This document shows positions 54,085 to 64,000 of a stretch of 64,000 nt of DNA, piece after piece (the first letter of the stretch is position 1; each line of letters opens with the position of its first letter). Below the pieces are notes generated by a model. It was not told the origin of the DNA. It made no database searches and saw only the letters and a program-made list of their open reading frames with translations. A program made the position numbers and the translations under genes. This stretch comes from Eledone cirrhosa (Eukaryota): the NCBI GenBank assembly GCA_964016885.1, contig OZ024741.1:394134001-394198000 (forward strand). Reading direction: 5' to 3'.

Positions 54085-55020
54085 CAGACACGACCTGGAC
54101 AAAGACGACACTCACTGACAATATATTTCTGGTTTTTAAAACTTACACCACATCACGGCCGAATCCTCTACTATCCCATTTCAAAGCAAACTTTGTTAAC
54201 CTTATTAAAGGAATCAAATTCAAACAGTACACCAGCCGGTTCCAACAATAACTATACAACAAGATAAGGATGTATCGTACACTCAGACAAAACGGGTAAC
54301 TCATACTTCGTTAAGCAGGACAAATGCCACATACTGATTAAAAACAATCTGACTTCAACCTACCGAAAGTCATATCCACTTATGATCCATGAGATAAACG
54401 AAGAAAGTCACAGGATGACTTCGAAGTTGAATATCCATGACTGTACAATTAAACCAACCACAATGTTAAAACATTTTCTGTAGGAAAAGGACAAATACAC
54501 CGATATCCCATAACGAGCCACAAAGCTATAGCGAAAGAAGTTATACACACAATACTAAAATTAAAGCATTCATCAGACGCACTCAATACAAAATAAATAA
54601 CCCTTATAAGAAACTCCAAATGATACTAACAATCCACCGAACACAAAGAACTACTCCGTTACACAGCACTATTACAAAAACCACATTGCAAAACCTTTTT
54701 CCTGTAGAATAAGGCATGCATAATAAGTATAACGATAGCACCAACACATCCAGCATTCAGCAAAAGCCAATTAAATTGCCTAACCATTAGACAGTAGATC
54801 AGCAACGCCCACTAAATTATACACACATCAAACAACACACGTGCCAACAAAGTTCTTATACCATCACAATTCTTTATTTCATTTCCTTCCAAAAGGAAAT
54901 GTCAGTAGATCTTAAAAGAACAAACTGAAGACAGAATCTAAGGCTGGGTGGAGGGGACGAACCTACATTAACAAACCACCCGAGCCATTTATAAACTACC
55001 CTAATAAGGGAACATGGAAA
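54085..55020 (+). mobile_element. Penelope-like element remnant
   Basis: Translates as GFKTYTTSRPNPLLSHFKANFVNLIKGIKFKQYTSRFQ, resembling the pre-RT region of Penelope-type ORFs; many stops. Confidence 0.5.
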
Positions 55021-56574
55021 TAAACACCTGCGACTATGGTAGAAGTCATTTGCTAAAGGTGTCGTGCAGTATAATCGAACCCAGAACCACCTGGCTGCGA
55101 AGCACTCTTCTTAGGCACACTGCCACAACTGGACCGGTTGATTCATCTTTCTAAATACTGTAAGAAAAATGGTTTGGGATGTCATGCTTTTGGCTATAAA
55201 TGTGCTTGTTGATTCTCGCCCAAGTCATTTTTTGCCTTTCATTATTCCAAGTTATCGATGCACCATGGACACATATTCAAGATTCTCTTTGCAATCATTA
55301 GGTCCCGAGTTTGATCCTACTGCATGGCATCACAGCCTTGAGTCGACTCATGCACCGTTGGTGAAATTGGATAGACGGAAACTGTTTGGAAGCCCGTCAG
55401 ATGTACTGGAACAGTAATTCAAAGAACCACCCATGTCATGCTGAATCTCCCGCTGAATTAGTCAACGATACACGTGTCTGGGAAATACTCAGTCACACAC
55501 ACGCTAATTTCAGGACAGATTATTCTGTTGATCTATCGAGCAGCTGGAACACTCATCCTCGAAACCGACGGAGATTCATTCTATATTCCAGGTTCGATAA
55601 AATACAATCAAGTCCTTTTCCTCTTTTTCTATCTTTCTTCCCCTACCCTTCTCTCAGAATCGGCTGATCTCCACTGTGCTTTTTGAATTCAACTGAGGAT
55701 GCCTGGTAAAATAAGAGGGCTGAACTAGTCAACAGCAACCACTTTTCGAAATACTAGCTTGCTACATAAATTTTCCAAAGAAACTATATAAAAAACCTTA
55801 CGAATTCATGGTGGGCGTTGGCGGACTTCTAAGCGTTGTAACACGAGATAGACTAAAGAAGAACGGTCAAAGAACCAAAATATGCAGCATACTTTCTCTC
55901 ATCTAAGATTACATAATGCCTTGCTTGAAATGCGTGGCATTTAGATGGTATCGTAAGTTTAAACCGTTTTGTTCCATTCATTGATTTTGAATTATATGGA
56001 TAAACATGTTTTCTTTTTTTTTTCTTTTTTTTTTCTTATTTTTGTTTCTTTTTTATTATTAATTTTCGAAAAAAAATCTGAAATAATCAAAACAACAATG
56101 ATGAATTAATTCAACTTTACTTGTTCATTATTTTGTTTATTTGCTCTCAAAATAGATGATTTCGTCACAAAATAAATCATATAAATGTCCGTTAGAAATG
56201 GACGGAAACTATTATTTGATCAATAAATATTAGAATTTATCTAAGGCCTCAGAATAGGAGCACACTAGCCACGTGACTTAAAGAAGAGAATATTTTTCAA
56301 GCAAACCAATGTCAACAATGGTATCCTTTTTATTATAAAAACATATCAATAATGAAAATATTGTAAAATATTTAGATTACAGTTTTGCATTTTACAACTT
56401 TGAACAAGAATCTGATGAGATTTCAGATGTACAATTCTTTTTAAAATATGCAAATAAAATAAAATAAATTTTCTGATTATGTTTTGAATCATAAAAAATA
56501 TTGGTGAAACGATCTTTTAAAAATGAAATATCAATTAAGCTTCATTAGAAAATGATTGTGAGGGTTCTTGTGGG

Positions 56575-56873
56575 CAGGACCGGATTTAATGGAGGGCAAA
56601 AGGGGCAATTTATCCGGGGCCTCTGCATTGGGGTCCCCACCAGTGACAGCCGTGGCATTTTATTTGTGCCCTCAACTGGGCTTTTTAGTTTTAGGATGGT
56701 TAGAATTTTTTAATTTAATCCATGTATGTATAATTTTTAAATTCCAATTACTTGCACCAAGCTAACTTTGATATGTAAAATTAGGGCTTTGCTGTGCATT
56801 CTAATCTTTTCTGTATGAGGGGCTCCCCAAACCTGAAGTACCCCGGGCCCCCTAATGTCTAAATCCAACCCTG
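56575..56873. mobile_element. hAT-type non-autonomous DNA transposon (MITE, 299 bp)
   Basis: Imperfect TIRs CAGGACCGGATTTA / TAAATCCAACCCTG; perfect 8-bp TSD CTTGTGGG (56567-56574, 56874-56881). Confidence 0.85.
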
Positions 56874-59512
56874 CTTGTGGGTGGCGTTACGATTTTAGTG
56901 ATATACGTATAGTATGAAGTGAAAAATATATAATCTTTAAAAATTACTTTGAATATAATAATTGAATAAATATTCATTTTTTTTCTTTTTGAAAATAATT
57001 GGTTGTAATAATTGGTATAAATATGGACTGAGTTGAAAATACCTCGTAAACCTCAAGTGCATTTCAATTTTCACTCTGTTTTGAAACTTTTTAGACGTGG
57101 TATCAACAATTCTGAATGTTTCGATTATCTTGAAGCTTTTAGAGTAGCAACTTACAAATCTTTATAGAAGAATTTCATTTAAGAAAATATTTGCAATCGT
57201 TTCAAAGTATTAAAATATATTCAAATAATCCCTTGCATCAAAGACAAAATGAAATAAAGCAACATGTTTGATATCTAAAATAATCTGTGTTTCAAGCATA
57301 TTTCTGCTTTAAATAAAAATACCAAGCCTGGGCCATGCTACGGTTTATATTTCTGGAGAGGTGACGATAATACATAAGAAACCATATTTATGAGACAATA
57401 TTATATACACTGATTGATGCTATACTGTACAAAGGTTCGCTTTATCTCCTATCCTATAAAAAATAAATATGCTTTAATCATACTTTAAATATATATTTAA
57501 TTTTATTTCAAGCCATAAAAAATACTGTATTTAGCAAAAAACTATTGTAAATATCTTTTTAAGAATCATCTTTCCTTTCAGTTTAATTCTAAATTTATCG
57601 AATCCAGGAAAGAATGTCATTCATTGTAAACACTAATCCGAATATTTTGCGGTAGATGTATTTTTAAAGTGTAATCTACATTTGAAAGAGTTTAAGTATC
57701 AGTGATATATATATGATTTGTCGCTTCTAGCTTATCTTTTACTGAATTCAGACTTGAGATTGCGGCCATGCTAGAATACCGCCATCATGGGTTTCAATAT
57801 ATATATATATAAGCTTTTAATTCTTAGTCATCTGTACAGAATTTTGACAAGTTTTCATTGGTGGGGGCAATTTGAAAATTATTGTACTTTTTATCACAGA
57901 AATGTATGTCCAGAGAAGAAAAATATAATTCTTTTGTATTTATTTCTTTTTTCAAAAATATACAGCTTTATTCTTAAAGAATATTTCAATTTTATACGAC
58001 GATATTGTATCTAGTAATTTTGAATTCGCGTAAATTAGAAGTAAAATTCATACATTAATGTGAAGATCAACAGTTGTTATAGTGAGCCAAGAAATTTTAA
58101 TTAATTAAAATTAAACCTATAGTAATGAGAACATACTAATTATTTATTCTGAAAAAAAAAAGCAATGGAGACAACTTCGGAATTTGAATTAAAATTAATG
58201 AAGTATAGAAGAGAGTAGGGAGTAAGACAACTCCGCATATATTTCGATTTTAATATCTGAACCAAAAGTTCCCTTTCCGCTCCCCCTGTATTAGTTTTGC
58301 CGTCACCGTTTTGAATTAACAACATATATTAAAAAGCGGTCACACTCCCGGGTGTCAGCTGAATACATATAAATACTGCAACACACGGACGACTTATGCA
58401 AATTTAAGATGAATTTGAAAATGCATTTTATACTCAAGCAGATGAATGTGCAAGCCATCGCCAGATTTTGGTGCTTGGGAAATGAATTCCCGACATTCTG
58501 GGTGAGCACTCTAATTTCTTAAGGGATTTTCTTTTTACTAGCTATTTTTTGCTAAACCTTTTGTTTGTCTTAAATTTATTTTTGTTCGTGTTTTGAGAAG
58601 TAAAAATTTCAAGGAATTTATTTCAGGACATTTTTAATAAACTCTATCTTCTAAACCAAATGGCACGCCATTGAAAAGTAGCGAAAGAGCAGTGCCATTC
58701 AGTTCTCTATCCTCACCTTGGCGATGGGCTCGTCAATATGCACATATGTCTTTCTTGAGTCATATTACAAATGTATTAATTTGCTAGATATAAAATAGTT
58801 TTGGCATATTACAAGATTTCAGGGTTACTAGCCAATATAACATTTCATTAGGCACAATGGTGCTATATTTTAGAGGAAAGAAAAACAGTGTAGAGACATT
58901 CATGCATTTGCAATAACATTAGCTATATAAGTGAATTGACTTCACCGGGAATGAAAAGGAAATATCAAACACATTTCCCCCAGAGCTATTCTTCTAAAAT
59001 TTTAAATCAAAATACTTTATACATTTTTGTAGTCCCATTCAGCGGTCAAATGATATTAAAACACAAAATAATCTCAAATGACTTACGTGGTGATAAAAAA
59101 AAAGCTTATACAAAAATATTTGAAAATTCACTTTGCGTGTTACAGAAATTGAATACATGGTTCATAAATGTGTACCCATGGATGTGTATTTGGCATTGAT
59201 CTAATTAAGTGTAGGTTTGGCCAGCAGTACACTCGCTCAAATACACACATATTCATACACGTTATGGATTTAAAATATCAACTCTTACTCCATGTTTTAT
59301 AATTCTGCTACTATTCTTTGTTTAAAAGACAAAAGAACTAAATGATGATATAGCTCTCTTTATATATATATATATATTTTTTTTTTTCAGTAGTTTTTTG
59401 GTAGGGTCCGTATCATAGATAGAACTCAATATAATCCGATGGCGAGTAATCCAGTGAAATCCATAGAAAGGTTCCGTGTTCCGCTGAGTTAATTCCTTAG
59501 ATACAGAGTCAG

Positions 59513-59863
59513 ATATTAGGTATTAAATTAACAATGAAAATAACAAAGTCGAGTTATTTTACCTATTCATATCATTGTTTTACGATCGTTTCGGAGGTCG
59601 ATCATATTGACATATTGTCTGATCTATAGCAGTATACTATCAGACCTCATATATAAGTTCGATCAGACCGTCTTCTTCGGAAACAATCGTTATATAACGA
59701 TCTATAGCAGTTATATAACTGCTATATATCAGACAATATGTCAATATGAATATACCCTCCGAATATATGAATATAGCCTCCGAAACGTAAAACAATGACA
59801 TGACTAGGTTAAATAACTCGACTTTGTTGTTTTTATTTTCATTGTTAATTTAATACCTAATAT
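59513..59863. repeat. ~350-bp imperfect fold-back just 3' of the gene stop codon
   Basis: Outer arm ATATTAGGTATTAAATTAACAATGAAAATAA and inner arm CATATTGACATATTGTCTGAT each have a reverse-complement partner. Confidence 0.88.
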
Positions 59864-59895
59864 ATATATCCTTGCATTATTCTAATATGGATATC

Positions 59896-61008
59896 CTACT
59901 GGCGCCATGGGGTCTTGATTCGTTTCTTTCCAATGATTTTCTTATGTATTCTGCGGCAAATATTAGATCGTCTTTCTGTAAGAATAATTTTATGGTTCAA
60001 AAACTTTGTTTGGAGATCTGTACAGATAGTGTGACCAGAACGCACACTGTTAGTATTGTTATATTTTTTCGCAAGAAGCTTATTGTTATAGTTTTTGAAA
60101 TTCTTTTGGAAACCTTCATAATTTCCAATATTGGTTGTTTGATGAACTGCAAGAACGGTGTTTGTAGCGTCAATGACAACAAAACGAGAGACTAAAGAAT
60201 AAGTGACCAGCCAATTGTCATAAGCTGGACTTCCAATAATCAGTTCAGGAATATTTTCCCAAGGATAGTTTTTGGTTGTAAAGAAATAATCTTCAGCATC
60301 CGAGCGGAAAAGTCTGCCTCGATGACGTGCCATATTTTCAATAGATGAAGCGCTAGAAGCTTCTTTTTCAGTTACATTTATTACATTTGTTCGGCGACCT
60401 ATTATGAATAATGGGGAAGAGGAGTAATCTATTTTCTGATGAATTACTTCTAAAGTTGGTACAAGCTGCAAATTGAAAAGTATATCTGAGTTGACGAAAG
60501 AGTAGAAAGTACTGTTAACATTTCGAATAACATACAGAAACATGTGTTTCAGTACTGGCACACCAGTTTCGCCAGACACAGGAACTGACCATATTTCACA
60601 ATTTGGACAAGCACATTCTGGATAATTAATTGAATTGTTGAGAAAAAGTATCACTCTTACATCGTAGCCCAATGATAGCCAGTTATTCAAAGAATTGATG
60701 TGTATTTTGTGTTTTTTGTCTTTACTATTCCATGTTGTGAACAATGTAAGGAAGGCTTTATTTCTAGTTTGGTTTTGATTCGGTACATTTTGTGAGCGAC
60801 ACGTATCATTGACGGTCAAAGTATAGTTTAAGTCTTTTGGAAAATCATTTAAGTGTTTAAACATTTGATTATTGTAATCAATATCATTATTAGTAGGTGA
60901 CGCCAGAAACTCTACTGGAATCGAAAATTTCTTGAAATATGACAAAATTCCTACTGTCATGATAATGTAAATGATTGATATCACGATCAAAAATTGGTTG
61001 GACCGCAT
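59896..61008 (-). CDS. Type II membrane glycosyltransferase-like protein of unknown specificity (370 aa from the first ATG)
   Basis: Long clean ORF in AT-rich DNA; N-terminal hydrophobic helix FLIVISIIYIIMTVGILSYF; many N-x-S/T sites; DxD-like FVNSDIL, GRR, EDYFF, PAYDNW; splice acceptor TTTTGTAG ending at 61056. Confidence 0.8.
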   Translation of the reverse strand: MRSNQFLIVISIIYIIMTVGILSYFKKFSIPVEFLASPTNNDIDYNNQMFKHLNDFPKDLNYTLTVNDTCRSQNVPNQNQTRNKAFLTLFTTWNSKDKKHKIHINSLNNWLSLGYDVRVILFLNNSINYPECACPNCEIWSVPVSGETGVPVLKHMFLYVIRNVNSTFYSFVNSDILFNLQLVPTLEVIHQKIDYSSSPLFIIGRRTNVINVTEKEASSASSIENMARHRGRLFRSDAEDYFFTTKNYPWENIPELIIGSPAYDNWLVTYSLVSRFVVIDATNTVLAVHQTTNIGNYEGFQKNFKNYNNKLLAKKYNNTNSVRSGHTICTDLQTKFLNHKIILTERRSNICRRIHKKIIGKKRIKTPWRQ

Positions 61009-61249
61009 CGTAACCGCAAATTGAGTGGCTCTGTAAAACAGTATTCTGTGTATCACTACAAAATATAAGAAATAATAATAATAAATAAATTGAATTAAAA
61101 AGATAATTGAACAGTATTTAATATAATACTACAATTTCAAACTTTACGAACACTTAAAAACATATTAAAATCTGCTCCAATTTTCACAAATCTCAACTTT
61201 GAGCCGTAATATTTATCAATTTTCTCACTTATTTTCCACTTGTGGCCTA

Positions 61250-61890
61250 ATTATTGATCATTCCCAAACCCTTTACTCCCTTCGACGTAACTTTCGATAG
61301 GCTCCCTAATGTTTCTCGATCTATCACATATTCACAATTCCATAACACCAATTATGCCTTGCGTCTCTTCAACGCTTTCTCCTTACCTCTGATCACTTGC
61401 AGCTATATTTTACCATGGACATCAACTCCCTCTATACCGCCATTCTACTGACGATTCAGTCATAACCCTAAAATTCTTCCTGAAACGGCGTACTTCGCTC
61501 GAGACTAGTGGTGGCGCTCTCCTCCACATCGCCGAATTTGTCCTCAATCTCCAATACAATGCTTTTTAAAGGATTTTTCGAGCAGTTATGTGGAGTGGCT
61601 TTGCGCACCAACAACGTTCGTTGGTTACATTGACACCTAGATCATCTTAACTCAATTCACTAGCCCCACCACGGTGCTATACGGCTGTTATGATACAGTG
61701 ACAACTGTTTAGTCGCCACCTTCCTTGCCAGTGAATATCACATCCTTAATTTCCTTCGTTAAACTCCTTCCATCATCCCTGAGAATTCCTATCTGCCATT
61801 TCCAACAATTCTGTCAACCTTTTCAACATCTCTATTTCTATTCACCATCCTAAACACCCCACTCCGTTTTCTATAACCTCCTAAATCGTT
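61250..61890 (+). mobile_element. Decayed Penelope-like RT remnant
   Basis: LLHIAEFVLN..EQLCGVA..YID fragments. Confidence 0.4.
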
Positions 61891-62049
61891 TTTCCCCACT
61901 CACATCTGGGATAATAGGATTCGTGAAAAGTAACGTGCCAAAATGAGAAGCACAAGGAAGATTCTTTTTTTTACAATGTGACACAAATCATATAAAAATA
62001 GAAGCATTGCAAAAATATTCACTTTCATTACTTTTATTCTAAATAGCTG

Positions 62050-63480
62050 TTGACTTATGAAATATATCCGTAAACTGTACAAGAAGTGGCTACAATATTG
62101 GAGGAATATTGATCAGACATTTGCGCTATATAGATGACATCAAGTTATATGTCACGTCCGATTCGGAGCTTGAAAATGTTTTTCAGACTGTAAATCTTTA
62201 TATAGCTGTGATATCAATATGGAGTTTGCTTCTTGACAAATACACAGGGGCTACTTTCAAAAGGGAGGTGGATTGACCACGTTGGTAAACATTGCTAATG
62301 GAATCAATCAGATATGATCCTAAAAACATGATCCTGATAAGTATACTCATCTGGAAAATAAGATGGAAGAAATTTACATTCTAAAAACCAAAAAAAACTA
62401 TTGACAAAGTTTAGACTACATCAACTAAAGGTTGACATACATTACCAAATTATCAAATTAGTTATAATTGAGAATATTAAATTATACATAAGTACCGAAA
62501 CCAGAACTACCTGTAAAAATACTTAAGAGCAGATAAAATGGATAAAATACAGCATACAAAAATGAAAATTAGGGAATAGTACTATAGAAGAGTAAGGTAA
62601 TTCATTTAAAAACTGAGCTCAATGTCTACATTAAGATAGTAGCCATCTAGTTATTTATATATTATAGCTTCAATAAAATAAACTGGAAGTTCAGTGAATT
62701 GAAAAAAAATTCTTAGAAAAGGCAAGAAAGTACTAACAGTGTTCCAAAGCCTCCACCCCAAAGCTGATATAGATAGAATTTACCTACCTCGCAAATAGAA
62801 ACATACTAAAAAATAAAACAGAAGTACTAGAAAATGCTTAGAAATAAACCAAGAAAATCTGATAAGTGCCATAAAACTTTATATAAGGAAATAGACGTGC
62901 TGGAAGAGCCACTTCACAGGGCTAGCACCTGCGGGCAGTCAACTCTTTGAGAGTGAAAAGGGACAATGAACTCTAAATATTTTCTAACGGTAGATGCCAG
63001 GACTTGAAAGTCCCAATATATTTACAGGCACGATTGAATCGGCACTACCTTTGTCTGCAGAAAAACAATCCCAACTCTTAGATGTGAAAACATTTATTAA
63101 CATGGTACATAACAACGATCTAGTAACAATCATCTTGAAGCTGCTTATTCAAATCGAAAATGCGATCAAAGTAAATAATCCTCAGATAATAATCAAGAAC
63201 AAACAAAAATACGTGCACGCTCGTATACACCACGATCATTTTTTACCAAAATATTGCCCGAAATGAAGAAGGTAAAACCGTCAAAATATAAGGATCACGT
63301 AAACCGAAACAACAGAATTCTAAAAGGAAAGTAAAAGCAGCAGCAATAATTATTGAAACCATAGGTATGATATAAATATGAGCAAAATCATACAAGTTAT
63401 GCCAGTGATTCCAACGTTACACACAGTCTAAAAATAACTTTGTTAGATACAGCCCACGATCTACGCAAGATACTGTAGAA
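62050..63480 (+). mobile_element. Highly decayed R4/Dong-like LINE
   Basis: YIDDIKLY, EYYRRVR, LHPKADIDRIYLPR, terminal TAHDLRKIL. Confidence 0.65.
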
Positions 63481-63694
63481 CACAAAGTTGAATAAATCGA
63501 CCCCAGTTCGTGCTGTACAGTTGCTTTATTTTAACGATTCCGTAAGGATGAAAGGTAAAGCTTAACGTCGGCGGCATTTGAAATCTGAACGTAAAAGGTC
63601 GCATGTATATGCCACACACACCAATATTATTTTACATAAATTTTACATAATTACAATATTATTTTACAATATTATTACAATATAAGTCGCAGGG

Positions 63695-63882
63695 CGGGTG
63701 TTTGGCGGTATCGGTAGAGGGTCGGGCGCCATGCTTTGAAGCATAGTTACCTCCTTTTATGATCTGAGTTCAAATCCCGCCGAGGTTAACTTTGTCTTTC
63801 ATCCTTCCAGGGTCGATAAAATAAAGTACCAGTAATACACTGAGATAATTGCTGGCCTTGTGCCAAAAGTAGAAACAATTAT
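63695..63882 (+). mobile_element. tRNA-related SINE
   Basis: A-box-like TGGCGGTATCGG, B-box-like GTTCAAATC, 3' GTGCCAAAAGTAGAAACAATTATT. Confidence 0.75.
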
Positions 63883-64000
63883 TTTACATAAATTTTAAGT
63901 AACGTGTATACTCATGTAAAGTTGAATTTTGACTTATTTGTTGAGAAGTTAATTTCATACAACAATCCAAAATAATGTATCAATAAACGAAAGAACTCGA

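Noticed and set aside
55690-55735. CUGAGGA-UGCC..GGGC-UGAACUAGUC hammerhead-like motif (similar one at 37185-37245, minus)
   Set aside because: GAAA box is broken and there is no stem I.
58180-58520. Possible promoter or first exon (octamer ATGCAAAT, donor-like GGTGAG)
   Set aside because: Short motifs expected by chance; no ORF or transcript support.

Overview
AT-rich, microsatellite-dense animal genomic DNA. The SINE and repeat content suggests an octopus or other cephalopod (inference, not verified). About 1-51 kb is a nested pile of non-LTR retrotransposons that sit inside microsatellites. It holds an R4/Dong-type RLE LINE and Tx1-clade LINEs in (TAA)n, a second R4/Dong-type LINE in (CATA)n, and RTE LINEs with C-terminal C2H2 fingers and (TATG)n tails. 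It also holds two non-autonomous RTE-dependent SINE-like families (about 13 copies) and a CR1-group LINE in (TA)n. Between these, and in 51-60 kb, are fold-back palindromes and at least five well-formed type I hammerhead ribozyme motifs, two with a compensatory U3-A8 core; these probably derive from Penelope-like elements or retrozymes. The only credible host gene is a coding exon (minus strand, 59896-61008) for a type II membrane glycosyltransferase-like protein. Most long YI/HT/CV-rich ORFs in the track are microsatellite artefacts. All alignments and folds were done by eye.
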